DNA of 64,000 nt. Source: a virus. Below, in pieces: positions 47,276 to 57,965 of the stretch. Where the stretch lies: positions 12,982 to 76,981 of the IMG/VR virus record IMGVR_UViG_3300009081_000012; one strand, given 5' to 3'. A program made the position numbers and the translations under genes. Positions within the stretch are counted from its first letter, which is position 1; every line of letters begins with the position of its first letter. The notes under the pieces were generated by a model. The model had not been told where the DNA came from. It made no database searches and saw nothing but the letters and a program-made list of their open reading frames with translations.

Positions 47276-47334
47276 GATAAGAGTTCATCGTAAATTAGAT
47301 GAACTCTTATCGAAAAGTTTTTGTTTGTTGTTTT
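47276..47334 (+). terminator. Intrinsic terminator
   Basis: 14-bp inverted repeat GATAAGAGTTCATC/GATGAACTCTTATC plus T-rich tail. Confidence 0.75.
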
Positions 47335-47360
47335 ATATTTACAAAAATTAGTACATAGGG

Positions 47361-47615
47361 GTGATTATCATGCCGATACCAATAGAAGACTTTCAATTAC
47401 CATCTTTTATAAAATTACAGGAAAAGTATCCACTTTCTTACGACAAAAATGCCAAGTATAATGAATTTTGTCCACGTGATTTTGTAGGTAGATATAATCA
47501 CGATGAGGGTTATGAAGGAGTGTTTAAACAGGCCGGATATAATCCGAATCATCAATCAACAAGGGTTGAAAGAATACAGTTAAGATCTGAAACTATAACA
47601 TTAAAACCATATTAA
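47361..47615 (+). CDS. Hypothetical protein
   Basis: ORF after the terminator. Confidence 0.65.
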   Translation: MIIMPIPIEDFQLPSFIKLQEKYPLSYDKNAKYNEFCPRDFVGRYNHDEGYEGVFKQAGYNPNHQSTRVERIQLRSETITLKPY

Positions 47616-47627
47616 AGGGAGAAAATT

Positions 47628-48200
47628 ATGCGTGTTTTGTCGGACGAGGAAAAGGTTGACTTATTCAGTAATGAATTAAAATTGATTTACGATCCAATTA
47701 TAAAAGAATTTACAAGACTTTGTTTATTACACTGCCCTGATTATTTTTTTCTTGATTGTCCAGCAAGCTCTAGTGGTAAATATCACAGTATAGACGAACT
47801 TTCTGGTGATGGTACTGTAATCCATACAAAAAGAGTTTTTACTGTTGCTTATGATTTATGTGTAGGTTTGGGTTGTGATAAAAGCAGAGACTTGATTTTA
47901 TCAGCATGTATAATACACGATCTGGTTAAACAAGGGAGAGTTAAAACAGGGCATACGGTTAAGAATCATCCAGCTCTTGCAGCAGAATTAATAAATCAAA
48001 TACAAGAGGCTACGCAGCTTTTAAACGAAAGGGACTATAACATTATTCGTAATTGTGTTGGATACCATTATGGACTGTGGAGTACTTCTCCGTGGTCTAA
48101 ATCCTTAAACGAATATACACAAGAAGAGCTGTGTGTTTATATGTCTGATTATATTGCATCAAAAAAATGTGTTTCAGTAAACTATGTACGAGAGGGTTAA
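47628..48200 (+). CDS. HD-domain phosphohydrolase
   Basis: PASSSGKYH, G...HT, IIHD..K, H.G.W, SDY.AS. Confidence 0.85.
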   Translation: MRVLSDEEKVDLFSNELKLIYDPIIKEFTRLCLLHCPDYFFLDCPASSSGKYHSIDELSGDGTVIHTKRVFTVAYDLCVGLGCDKSRDLILSACIIHDLVKQGRVKTGHTVKNHPALAAELINQIQEATQLLNERDYNIIRNCVGYHYGLWSTSPWSKSLNEYTQEELCVYMSDYIASKKCVSVNYVREG

Positions 48201-48205
48201 TTTTA

Positions 48206-48529
48206 ATGAATACAGAATTTGTAAAAAATTTATCAAAAACAATATTGAATACGCCTATTAATCAAGAACTTACACCTGGTTCTGTAGATAGACGGTACGA
48301 GCCAGCCAGTGGCATTAAAAAACACAGAGAAAGAATTCACAACGAAAGTAAAAGTGCTGATAATAAAAATTTACCGTTTACTTTTAGGAAACCAATTAAA
48401 CCTAGGAGTCGTGCTACTTATTTACGTTGTAATAATTGTGGCCACATAGTTTCTGCCTCGTTGAATACTGTTGGTATTATATGTAACAACTGTAAAAAAT
48501 ATTCAAGTGTTACGGAGGTAGAAAGTTGA
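48206..48529 (+). CDS. Zn-ribbon protein
   Basis: CNNCG...CNNC. Confidence 0.65.
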   Translation: MNTEFVKNLSKTILNTPINQELTPGSVDRRYEPASGIKKHRERIHNESKSADNKNLPFTFRKPIKPRSRATYLRCNNCGHIVSASLNTVGIICNNCKKYSSVTEVES

Positions 48530-48948
48530 CTGGTAGTGGAAGTGGTAAAAGGGGTCGTCCATTAGGATTTAAGTTAAGTGAGTTCAGCAGGCGCTCTATT
48601 AGTATGTCCAAAAAAGGACAAAGACACAAGCCTGAAACAATAGAAAAAATATCAAGATCACTGACAATGTTTTTTAGAAGGCGTGATCCACTATCTGAAG
48701 AAATTACAATTAAGTATTGTAAGTTAGAAGATGATAGAGAATTTGTAGATTGGATGGATGATGCACACGACGAGCTCGATGCTGATGAAGCAATTCTGAC
48801 AGAGAAATCTATGCGTAATAGAGAAAAGACAGAAATAGCGTGTGGACATAATATTGAATATTTTAGTCATAGTATAACGCCTGAATTTTTATTGTTACTA
48901 AAGGAAGAGGTTTTAGCTTGTGGAGAATCCTTATATGATCTATATTAA
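48526..48948 (+). CDS. Putative DNA-binding protein (AT-hook and NUMOD3-like motifs)
   Basis: KRGRP; KG..HKPETIEKIS. Confidence 0.55.
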   Translation: MTGSGSGKRGRPLGFKLSEFSRRSISMSKKGQRHKPETIEKISRSLTMFFRRRDPLSEEITIKYCKLEDDREFVDWMDDAHDELDADEAILTEKSMRNREKTEIACGHNIEYFSHSITPEFLLLLKEEVLACGESLYDLY

Positions 48949-48965
48949 CCGGGGGAATAATTAAA

Positions 48966-49505
48966 ATGGGTGGTTCTGGAAGTGGTAGACCAAGAAATGC
49001 TCCGTCACCAAAAAAAATGTTGAAAGAGATATTTCCAATAGGTGATATTTTTGATACTGATGAGATAAGCATGTACAATGATTTAATAGATGTTTATTTA
49101 TCTGATTTTGATAAAGATGAACTAACATCAAGTGATATGGACGATATAATGGATTTGGCTAAAAACAGAATTCTTGAATTTAGACTTCTTAAAGAAAGTA
49201 AAGGCAGTTCAGATAAACAAATAGATGTGGCAGCTACCATAGAAAAAATGTCAAAGAAGAATGAAAAAATAAAAGAAAGTTTGTCATCCCGCCGTAAAGA
49301 TAGAATAAATCCAAACGAATTCAAAGGGTTTTCAATAGTTGATTTAGCAGTGGCCTATGATCAATCAAAGAAACAAGATCTTAACGAAAGGGTTTCTAAA
49401 CTTAGACACGAAGAAACACTTTTGTTAGAGAGTAGAAAAGACTACAAAGGCAATAGTGAAGATGCAGACAGATCTTCTATAAAAAGTGAAGACGTTGAAC
49501 AATAA
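48966..49505 (+). CDS. Candidate terminase small subunit
   Basis: GSGRP N-terminus, helical, overlaps the TerL start; positional inference. Confidence 0.5.
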   Translation: MGGSGSGRPRNAPSPKKMLKEIFPIGDIFDTDEISMYNDLIDVYLSDFDKDELTSSDMDDIMDLAKNRILEFRLLKESKGSSDKQIDVAATIEKMSKKNEKIKESLSSRRKDRINPNEFKGFSIVDLAVAYDQSKKQDLNERVSKLRHEETLLLESRKDYKGNSEDADRSSIKSEDVEQ

Positions 49506-51237
49506 CAAAAAATTAAGCAAAAACTATGATGAAGTATTAAATAATGGTGTTGAACTAATAAAATTTTATCATGACAATCCATGTATAGCCGTCCACGATT
49601 TATTAGGAGTTGATCTTGCACCAATACAGCGTGTTGTTTTTGAAGATATGTGGTTTAAAAATTTTATTATTACTGTGGCTACTCGTGGATTTGGAAAAAC
49701 TTTTATGTTAGGTACTTTAGCCACGCTAAGCTGTTTGCTTAAACCAGGCTATCGTGTTGGATTAATTGGAAAAGTTTTCAGACAAAGTAAAATGATCTTT
49801 TCAGAAGTTGAAAAACTATATCAACAGTCGTCAATTTTACGCGAAGCGTGTTCTAAACCACCAACCAGGGGCTCCGATTCTTGTTATCTTAAATTCAAAT
49901 CAGTGGGTGGTATGACCCCGTCATACATTGAAGCTTTGCCTTTAGGTGATGATGGTAGCAAAATAAGAGGATCTCGTTTTTATTTGGTGCTTATAGATGA
50001 GTTGGCTCAAATTCCAAATCAGATATTAGACATGGTTATTAGGCCTATGGGCGCTACATCTTTAGCTCCTATGGAAAGAGTAAGGCGTTTAGAACAGAAA
50101 AACAAACTTATAGAAAAAGGATTAGCCGTAGAATCTGATTTTGATACAGAAACTGTAAATAAGATGGTTATGACGTCGTCAGGTTATTATAAATTTAATC
50201 ATATGTGGAGACGTATGAATGACTATTGGCGTCAGATAGAGATAGCAAAAAAAACTAGCACACAATCACAATTCGCCGTGTGGCAAATACCGCATTGGGA
50301 TTTACCTGAAGGTTTTCTTGATAAAAATAATATTGATGAAGCACGTCGTGTTATGTCCCATTCTGAATTTAGAATGGAATACGAAGCGGCTATGGTGTCT
50401 GATTCTGAAGGATTTTTTAAAGCGTCATTATTAGAGGCTTGCACTCTTGGTAATAATTTTGGATTAGAAACATCAGGTGATACCTCTAGTCAATATGTGC
50501 TTGGAATAGATCCAAACCAGGGTGGTAGAGCAAGTTGTGGTTTAGTGGTTGTTAAATTAGGTTTATCAAATAAAATTGTAGTCGTGTCTGAATTAAAAAA
50601 TCAAACCACACAGCAAATGACACAAGCTATACAAGATGTTTGTGAATCGTTTAACATTGTAAGAGTGTTTATGGATAGAGGTGGTGGTGGTAAAGCGATT
50701 TGTGATTTACTGGAAGACGGCTATAACAATAAAACACCATTAATAGACAGAACAAATGAAGAACATAAACATATGCAGGGCAGACATGTTTTGGAGATGG
50801 TTAATTTTAATCCAAGTTGGATAGCTGATGCTAATTTTACGACTAAAGCCATGTTCGAAGAAAAAAAATTATTGTTTCCAGAACTATCATTGAATACTAC
50901 ACAGGACTACGAAGTTTTAAACTATGAGAGCGTTAATACATTAAAATCTCAATTATTAAATATAATAGTAACACCAACATCTACTGGATTACTACATTTC
51001 GACACACCCCAAAAAGGACAAAATAAGGACTTATATTCAGCTCTAATATTAGCTGCACACGGAGCAAGAATTTTAGGCAAAGAAATGGAAGAGGAACAGG
51101 ATCCTATATTATTTAATACTGGTGGATTGGTACGTATGCATAAACCAGGATCAAGTTTTGATATTCTGAACAGAGCGGACAGCGTGTCTGTTCATTCTCC
51201 AATTTCAGCAGCAGTGTTAAAGAAAAAATTTAAATAA
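49486..51237 (+). CDS. terL: Terminase large subunit
   Basis: Q motif, ATRGFGKT, RG.R, LIDE, F.MEY.A, GIDP, KDLYSA. Confidence 0.92.
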   Translation: MKTLNNNKKLSKNYDEVLNNGVELIKFYHDNPCIAVHDLLGVDLAPIQRVVFEDMWFKNFIITVATRGFGKTFMLGTLATLSCLLKPGYRVGLIGKVFRQSKMIFSEVEKLYQQSSILREACSKPPTRGSDSCYLKFKSVGGMTPSYIEALPLGDDGSKIRGSRFYLVLIDELAQIPNQILDMVIRPMGATSLAPMERVRRLEQKNKLIEKGLAVESDFDTETVNKMVMTSSGYYKFNHMWRRMNDYWRQIEIAKKTSTQSQFAVWQIPHWDLPEGFLDKNNIDEARRVMSHSEFRMEYEAAMVSDSEGFFKASLLEACTLGNNFGLETSGDTSSQYVLGIDPNQGGRASCGLVVVKLGLSNKIVVVSELKNQTTQQMTQAIQDVCESFNIVRVFMDRGGGGKAICDLLEDGYNNKTPLIDRTNEEHKHMQGRHVLEMVNFNPSWIADANFTTKAMFEEKKLLFPELSLNTTQDYEVLNYESVNTLKSQLLNIIVTPTSTGLLHFDTPQKGQNKDLYSALILAAHGARILGKEMEEEQDPILFNTGGLVRMHKPGSSFDILNRADSVSVHSPISAAVLKKKFK

Positions 51238-51325
51238 TATCTATGTTGTAATGGAAAAGGATGGCTTTGATTGTTAAGTAAGTAAACAAATAAACTAACC
51301 TTTATTACAATAGGAGGTACTATTT

Positions 51326-51634
51326 ATGGCAATTGACCAAAATATGTGTCCTTACACCACAATTACCATCTACAATAAATCGTTTTGGGATTTGTGGATT
51401 CAAAAAGTATTTCGTAATCTTGCATCAATGAAATGTCAATTTTTATGGGCATTTTTTTGGACGGTAATATATGGAATGTACATTGGTACGGATACGACTG
51501 GACAAAATTATATCAGTCCAACTCTTGGTTTGGGCTTTTTATCTGGTGGTTTTATAACTTTAGTAACAGCTAAATTAGCCGTTAAGACGTCGTTGTTTGA
51601 AAGCCCATCAGATCCGTTGGATTCTGATAATTAG
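51326..51634 (+). CDS. Two-TM protein, holin-like
   Basis: Two hydrophobic segments, ~100 aa. Confidence 0.45.
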   Translation: MAIDQNMCPYTTITIYNKSFWDLWIQKVFRNLASMKCQFLWAFFWTVIYGMYIGTDTTGQNYISPTLGLGFLSGGFITLVTAKLAVKTSLFESPSDPLDSDN

Positions 51635-51648
51635 AAAAGGATGGTTTT

Positions 51649-52623
51649 ATGAGATCTACAATATTCGATGTTACTAAAAGTATAGTTTTAATTGCTGTGA
51701 TTGGTTTAGGCTGGTATTATGGCAACGCGTTTTTTAAGAAACACGTGGATGAGCCTATAGTTCCTCCAACCAAAATAGAGATAGAAAACGCAGTTAAATT
51801 GGCAGCAATAACAGCAAGTAATTCTGCTGTAGAACAATTAAGAAAAGAATTCGCTGCCGAGAGAAGCAAAATATTAGAAGCTTACGAAAGAGATAGAAAA
51901 TATACTAAAGAAGCTTTAATAGAACTTGGTGAAATAAAAGCAGAACTTAAGCAAACACGTGATCTAGTAGATAGAAAATCAGACGTAGTTTATAAACCAA
52001 AAGACCAAGAAAAATCAAAAGATACTTACGAATTTAAAAAAATATATACTAAAGATGCTGAAGACAAAGAATTTCCAATCGCTTGGTCTATGTTTTACCC
52101 AAATCAAACACCGGATAAATTTTGGAAAACAGGAACATATCCATTAGAATATAACGTAAGAGTGTTAGAAACAGAAACTCCTGATGGTAAATTTAATAGA
52201 TACGCAGAAGTATTTGCAATGAACAATCAAATGAAAGAAACAAAGGGAATGGAGTTTAAACTAAAGGTTACAGACATTAAGTGGGCTGTAGTTGAGCGTA
52301 AGGAAAAACGTTTTTTTATGTTTAATCCAAGAGTGGCGTTTGGTGGAATTGCTAACTCAGACGGTATCAGTACTGGTCTTAATGTAAGTACCACAAGCTA
52401 TGGTAGAACAAAAACAGATATGGATTGGCGGTTTTTTACTTTTGGTTTGGGTGCTATTAAAGACGATAACGGTTCCTGGCACGGAATGGCTTCGTTTGAA
52501 CCAGTGTCGTTTAATATAGGTACAAAACTACCACTTATAAACAATTTATTTATAGGTCTGGCAGGAACAATAACAACAGACAACACTACTAATGTTGGAG
52601 TGCAGGTTTCCATCCCATTTTAA
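51649..52623 (+). CDS. Membrane-anchored coiled-coil protein with a beta-rich C-terminus ending in Phe (spanin-like?)
   Basis: N-terminal TM, coiled coil, amphipathic beta strands ending GVQVSIPF. Confidence 0.45.
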   Translation: MRSTIFDVTKSIVLIAVIGLGWYYGNAFFKKHVDEPIVPPTKIEIENAVKLAAITASNSAVEQLRKEFAAERSKILEAYERDRKYTKEALIELGEIKAELKQTRDLVDRKSDVVYKPKDQEKSKDTYEFKKIYTKDAEDKEFPIAWSMFYPNQTPDKFWKTGTYPLEYNVRVLETETPDGKFNRYAEVFAMNNQMKETKGMEFKLKVTDIKWAVVERKEKRFFMFNPRVAFGGIANSDGISTGLNVSTTSYGRTKTDMDWRFFTFGLGAIKDDNGSWHGMASFEPVSFNIGTKLPLINNLFIGLAGTITTDNTTNVGVQVSIPF

Positions 52624-52634
52624 GGAGGTCATAA

Positions 52635-52826
52635 ATGAGTGATATAGATATTACAACACCACCGTGGTGGATAGGTCCTGTTACAGATGACTACACAAGA
52701 TCAAGATCTGCCGGAGCTACATATAATGCAGAAGATTTGATAGGGAGAAGGGACTATATAAAATATAAACTGGTTACCAGTGATCCGACCACCGTGTCAG
52801 GTGTTCCTGGAACTGTGTTAATATAA
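52635..52826 (+). CDS. Small putative virion protein
   Basis: AAGGAGG SD, upstream of the portal; TTVSG motif. Confidence 0.6.
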   Translation: MSDIDITTPPWWIGPVTDDYTRSRSAGATYNAEDLIGRRDYIKYKLVTSDPTTVSGVPGTVLI

Positions 52827-52842
52827 TTAGGGGGTTTTACTA

Positions 52843-54711
52843 ATGGAAAAAGAAACCTTGGAAAAGGTAACTAATGATATAAAGGAGAAATATCCAGAGA
52901 TTGGTATTAAATCTATAGAAGTAAATAACTCTACTGGACAATCTACTTTTTATATCGAACCTACTAAAAAAAGTTTAGCTTTTTTGGATGCCGGTAAAGG
53001 AGGAGTTACACCAAGAATATTCAATGAGCGTGCTTCTGTGATAACCAGAGACTATGTTCAAAGGCAAAATTTAGATTTAATAAGCAAAGACGCATATACA
53101 GAAGAGCCAAAAGAATCTTTCAAGCGAGCAATAAGATATTATTATATAGATCCTTTGGTAGGTGCTTCTACAAATATTTTTGCTAATCTCTCCAGAAAAG
53201 GGTTTGAGAATGACATAGATGATGAAAATATAAAACAGTTTTATGATGTTTGGGCACAAGATGTCGGATTTGACGAGGTGCTTGAGTGGATATTTTTAGA
53301 TTTCTTTAAGGTTGGGCATGTTACAACCTACAAAGTATTATCTAAATATGAACCAAGAGTATCATATTTGTCTCCTGTTCCAGGAAAGAAACTAAAAACT
53401 AACAAAGCAAAAGGTGAAGAAACAGGTGCTAAAAAGAATACGTGGTCGAAGGGATATTTACCTGTTGCATACACAGTATTAAATCCGTTGTTGGTTAGTG
53501 TTACTGGTAATTTATTATTTGATAAATCATCGGTATCACTGGTCCCACCGCCGGAATTAAAAGAATTATTAAAAAAGAAAAGTTCTGATTTGTCGCAGGC
53601 AGAAAAGGATCTTATTAAAGCCCTTCCGGCGGAATTGAAAAAAGCTGCTGAAAATAATAAAGAGTATATATTAGATTCTTCACTTGTTGGACAAATAACT
53701 TATAGAAAACAACCATATGAGCGTTATGCAAAACCAAGATCTACACGGATATTTGAATCTATAGAATATAAAAATTCATTAAAACAAGCTGATTTAAGTA
53801 CACTAGATGGTATAACTAATTATATTCTAAAGATAACTATAGGTAATGATGAGTATCCTGTTGTATCACAGACTGAATTAGAAGCAGCTGCAAAGTTGTT
53901 TGATACGCCAAGTAAATCGTTTGATGTTGTTTGGAACCACACACTGCAGGTAGAAAAAATAGTTTCTCCTGAAATAGATAAAATACTTGGTAAAGGTAAA
54001 TATGAGCAAGTTAATAACGATATGACCACTGGTTTAGCCATGACTAGGGCTATTATTGATGGTGGTGGAGATAGTGTTAACGCTTCTGTTATTGAATTAC
54101 TAATAAAAGGATTGATGGAAGAAATAAACTATGCTCGTAGACAGGTTACTAGATGGATTTATAAAGAGTATCAACAGATAGCAGAAGCTATGGGATTTGA
54201 ACGTTATCCAAAGGTAAGATGGGATGACGGTGTGTTGTTAGATACCATACTTCATATAAACACCCTCTCCCAGCTCGTGGATCGCAGGATGCTCAGTTAT
54301 AGAACAGCTCTTGAAGGGCTGGGGTATGATTATCCAAACGAACTAAAGAACATGGAAGAAGAACTCCCTCTTGTAAAGGCTGGCACTTTTGGAATTTTGG
54401 GTTCTCCGTTTCAAAAAGCAGCAAACAGTGGTCCAGTACCAACAGGTACTCCTTCTTCAGGACCACCAAAAGGACAGGTAAAAGACAAAAATTTAGAGCC
54501 AAAGACAGTTAAAAAATCAGATGTATCGCCAAATCAAAATAAAAAGAATAAATTAGTTAAACAGGCAGCCTCTCTTGATATAGATTCTATCAAAAACATG
54601 ACTGCTTCTGAATATGCTGTTTTTTTAGATAGTGCTAAAAATAATTTATCAGACAAAGAATATGCTGAATTTTTAGATACTGTTGGTAAAATTAGATATG
54701 GTGAGCAGTAA
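52843..54711 (+). CDS. Portal protein
   Basis: Position between TerL and the protease; size; helical body with a low-complexity C-terminus. Confidence 0.75.
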   Translation: MEKETLEKVTNDIKEKYPEIGIKSIEVNNSTGQSTFYIEPTKKSLAFLDAGKGGVTPRIFNERASVITRDYVQRQNLDLISKDAYTEEPKESFKRAIRYYYIDPLVGASTNIFANLSRKGFENDIDDENIKQFYDVWAQDVGFDEVLEWIFLDFFKVGHVTTYKVLSKYEPRVSYLSPVPGKKLKTNKAKGEETGAKKNTWSKGYLPVAYTVLNPLLVSVTGNLLFDKSSVSLVPPPELKELLKKKSSDLSQAEKDLIKALPAELKKAAENNKEYILDSSLVGQITYRKQPYERYAKPRSTRIFESIEYKNSLKQADLSTLDGITNYILKITIGNDEYPVVSQTELEAAAKLFDTPSKSFDVVWNHTLQVEKIVSPEIDKILGKGKYEQVNNDMTTGLAMTRAIIDGGGDSVNASVIELLIKGLMEEINYARRQVTRWIYKEYQQIAEAMGFERYPKVRWDDGVLLDTILHINTLSQLVDRRMLSYRTALEGLGYDYPNELKNMEEELPLVKAGTFGILGSPFQKAANSGPVPTGTPSSGPPKGQVKDKNLEPKTVKKSDVSPNQNKKNKLVKQAASLDIDSIKNMTASEYAVFLDSAKNNLSDKEYAEFLDTVGKIRYGEQ

Positions 54712-54745
54712 ACAAAACAGCTAAATAAACTAACGGAGATTACAA

Positions 54746-55861
54746 ATGAACGACAATAAAAATAAATTTTATTTAACGGCTAATATTAAATTAGAAAAAG
54801 AAACAGCTTTATTGAAAGAAAAAGCGACACAGGCTATAAAATTACCAAGCGGTGCAGAAAAACAGCCAGATCTTTTATATTTTTCAGCTATTTTTGTGTC
54901 ATCTGGAGAAAATTTGAATCATGCTTATTTCATGGGTTCTGAGTTGGTGGCTGCTGAAGGTACTATAATTAATAAAGCTCTGGATGTAGAACACGAAGAG
55001 CAGAACATAATAGGTGCTATTTATGACAGAGCTTTTTTGGACAAAGATGGTAATAGGATAGAAATATCTGAATTAGCATCGCATGATGTGGCTGGTTTGG
55101 ACAGTAAAGAGTTGCACATAGCTATAGCAGGTGTGGTGTATAAAAACAGATTTCCAAATGTAGCTAAAGAAGTAGCTGAAAACAAGTGGTGTGTATCGAT
55201 GGAATGTTATTTTCAGGACTTTGATGTTAAAGTAGGTAATGTGGTTATAAGCCGTAAAGAAGCAGAGGCTTTAGGTATAGCTTCTATAGAATCTGTAATA
55301 GGCAAATTAGCCAAAGTTGTAAAAAACGGCAAAGAAATAGCTGCTGATGTTTTAACTCGTGTATTAAGAGGAATTTGTTTTTCAGGCTGTGGAATAGTAA
55401 AGAATCCAGCCAACCCTGGTTCAATAATATTAGAAACAGCTAAAATTAAAAATGAAGATAAAGACGACGACAATGTTGTTATTTTTGATTATGACAAATT
55501 AAACATAAATGAAAATAATAATGTAACCTCTGATACAATAGAGGGAATTTCTAAAGATCAGGGTAGGGATGGCAGGTTTGATGACGCTGTGGGTATATGT
55601 GTTAGTTATAAACGCAGTGTTTCAGATAAACAAGGCAACATCATACAAAATGATTGGTGTAGTCGTTATGATAAAAGTTGTACATCTTTTTCTAGAGACA
55701 CGACTGACCCTGATTGTTTATATGTTAAAGACGTTCAACAAGTTGCTAAAGCACGAATAGATGTTTTACTTAAGGAAAAAGCTGCCAAGGACAAACGCGT
55801 TGAACTTCTAAATGAAGTACAAGCTGCTTTGCGTGAGGCAGTAAAAACTCAATCACGATAG
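54746..55861 (+). CDS. Prohead protease-like protein
   Basis: N.N...F...EL, D.EH...IG.I, VSMEC, F.G.G.V..PA. Confidence 0.75.
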   Translation: MNDNKNKFYLTANIKLEKETALLKEKATQAIKLPSGAEKQPDLLYFSAIFVSSGENLNHAYFMGSELVAAEGTIINKALDVEHEEQNIIGAIYDRAFLDKDGNRIEISELASHDVAGLDSKELHIAIAGVVYKNRFPNVAKEVAENKWCVSMECYFQDFDVKVGNVVISRKEAEALGIASIESVIGKLAKVVKNGKEIAADVLTRVLRGICFSGCGIVKNPANPGSIILETAKIKNEDKDDDNVVIFDYDKLNINENNNVTSDTIEGISKDQGRDGRFDDAVGICVSYKRSVSDKQGNIIQNDWCSRYDKSCTSFSRDTTDPDCLYVKDVQQVAKARIDVLLKEKAAKDKRVELLNEVQAALREAVKTQSR

Positions 55862-55873
55862 GAGGGTTAAAAA

Positions 55874-56293
55874 ATGCCGCAATTAAATGTGGGACAAACA
55901 GGAAGTTTAAAGAGCATTCCTAAACTTACAAAGATTAATGGAGATGACAACGCTAAAGCCATTTATCGTAATTTAGGAAATAACCATGCTTATCCATTTT
56001 TATGGGCAAGTGAGATTACTATTAGTGGTACGGAAGTTGTAGTTGCTAGTGGTATAAAATGGCATGGTTATGATTTGGCTACCTATGCTAATGTAACGAT
56101 TACTCCGTTAGCTGATCCTGGTGCTAATCGTTTATGGGTAGACAAAGACACAGCTACAAATGTTATTAAGATAAAAAGCTCAGCATCACAAAACAATTTA
56201 AAAATAGATGTTAAGTTCATGCTGGGTGAAGAGCTTGAGATAGTCGGTTTATATTGTAGAGGTAACAATGGTGCTACTCCAAGCTTGCCGTAA
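55874..56293 (+). CDS. Putative virion protein
   Basis: Beta-rich, in the head operon. Confidence 0.6.
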   Translation: MPQLNVGQTGSLKSIPKLTKINGDDNAKAIYRNLGNNHAYPFLWASEITISGTEVVVASGIKWHGYDLATYANVTITPLADPGANRLWVDKDTATNVIKIKSSASQNNLKIDVKFMLGEELEIVGLYCRGNNGATPSLP

Positions 56294-56444
56294 GTAGTAG
56301 TGTTTTAGTTGTTAGTAATCGAAAAACTAATTAAGGTTATGGAAAAGGGTTTTGTATTAAACTTTTGCTATTAATCGATATTCAGGTCGGTTAGGTTTTG
56401 GGTTACTTGTGATACATAAAATTTACAAGGAGGAAACTTAACTT

Positions 56445-57224
56445 ATGGAAGACAAAGATTTAAAGACACAGGTTGTTAAGATTGTTGACGGCCTGCTTAG
56501 TGACAAAGAAGAGGCTGAAATTCGTAAAAGAACTGAAATAGCTTTAAAGGAATCCGCCGATACGATTACAAATCTCACTACTGCTCTTGAAGAAAAGAAT
56601 GCAGAAGTGAGTGAGTTTGAAGGCAAAATTTCTGAAAAAGAAGCTACAATCCAGAAGCTTACACTAGAGCTTGAGGCGGCTCGAAAAGAACTGGAAGTTT
56701 CTAATACTAGTTTAGCCGAATCCAAAAATGAATTAGAAAAATTTATGAAGGACAGGGCTGCTGAAAAACGAATGGCAGAATTAATAGATGCTGGCGTTGC
56801 TCGTTCTGACAGAGAAAACCAGATGAACAAAGTAAGGGACTTAAGTGATGAAGACTTTGCATCTTATAAGGAAGAACTGGTATCTCTCAGAGAAGCCGTA
56901 AAAGCAGAGCTTGAAAAAGCTCGTTTAGAAGCAGAAAGTAACGCAAAGGCAGAGGCAGAAGCTATAGCTAAGGCTGCTGAAGAAAAAGTAGCCAAGGATG
57001 CTGCAGAAAAAGCAGCCGCAGAAAAAGCGGCAGCTGATAAAGAAGCTGCAGATAAACCCGCTGGACAAACTGCAGACACAGACACAGTAGTACAACCTGC
57101 ACAAATAACTCCAGGTCAGGCTATGATGGCTTCTTTGAATGTTGAACTTGTTCCTAAACCCGTTACAGCTAAATATGTAGAACTAGGTCAAGCTATGGCT
57201 GCTAAATGGAAGAAAAATAAATAA
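56445..57224 (+). CDS. Capsid scaffolding protein
   Basis: Long E/K/A coiled coil upstream of the capsid genes. Confidence 0.7.
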   Translation: MEDKDLKTQVVKIVDGLLSDKEEAEIRKRTEIALKESADTITNLTTALEEKNAEVSEFEGKISEKEATIQKLTLELEAARKELEVSNTSLAESKNELEKFMKDRAAEKRMAELIDAGVARSDRENQMNKVRDLSDEDFASYKEELVSLREAVKAELEKARLEAESNAKAEAEAIAKAAEEKVAKDAAEKAAAEKAAADKEAADKPAGQTADTDTVVQPAQITPGQAMMASLNVELVPKPVTAKYVELGQAMAAKWKKNK

Positions 57225-57258
57225 TGTTGATAAATAAGAATTAAGGAGGAAAAAGGAT

Positions 57259-57894
57259 ATGTTTATTCCAAGACATCCTGTTGTGGAAAATCAATTTTGT
57301 AGTTATGCTGCGGAAGCTGGTGGATCTGCTGGTATAGGTGGAGTTGTTGCTTATGCTGGTTCTGTTGTCTATCTTGATACTGATGCAGCTAATGAAGAGC
57401 CTATTGTAAAAAAGATGACATACGCTGCTGGTACTACTGGTAGTAAACCTGCGTTTGGTTTCTTAATGCAGAAGGTTAAAACAGGCTATCATCAGGTTCA
57501 TCCTGCTGGTTTCGTTATGCCTGGTGATCAAGGATCAAGTGATGTTATAGCTCAGCCTGCATATAATTCTTCAGGTGTTATTACTGGAACAAAAGCGGCT
57601 CCTGTTGGTGTAGCACATCTTGGTATTTGGGACACAGTTCACTACACATGTACATCTGTAGCAAGTGTGCCTACAGTTAAAATGTCACCTGGTGATTCGT
57701 TGTATGCTGCTGTAGATCAGGCAAAAGTAACAAACAATGTTACTGTTGCTGCAAATGATGCAGATCTTACCACAGGTGAAAATGCTGTTGCCACAGTTGT
57801 AGCACGCGTTATGAAAGGTGCAAGCCTTGCTAAATGTATTGCTAACGTTGCTAACACAACGCTGTATCCGATCAGAATTAAACTTTTGATTTAA
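57259..57894 (+). CDS. Head decoration or minor capsid protein
   Basis: Ala/Gly/Val-rich, directly before the major capsid gene. Confidence 0.6.
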   Translation: MFIPRHPVVENQFCSYAAEAGGSAGIGGVVAYAGSVVYLDTDAANEEPIVKKMTYAAGTTGSKPAFGFLMQKVKTGYHQVHPAGFVMPGDQGSSDVIAQPAYNSSGVITGTKAAPVGVAHLGIWDTVHYTCTSVASVPTVKMSPGDSLYAAVDQAKVTNNVTVAANDADLTTGENAVATVVARVMKGASLAKCIANVANTTLYPIRIKLLI

Positions 57895-57965
57895 ATTTAA
57901 AACTTTTGGATTAAAGCACGTATGTTTTTGTGCTTCCAATACTATGGATAGGAGGAGTTGTTAAA

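Noticed and set aside
49486-51237. Intein or intron in the terminase
   Set aside because: Normal length and motif spacing, with no C...HN-[C/S/T] intein signature.
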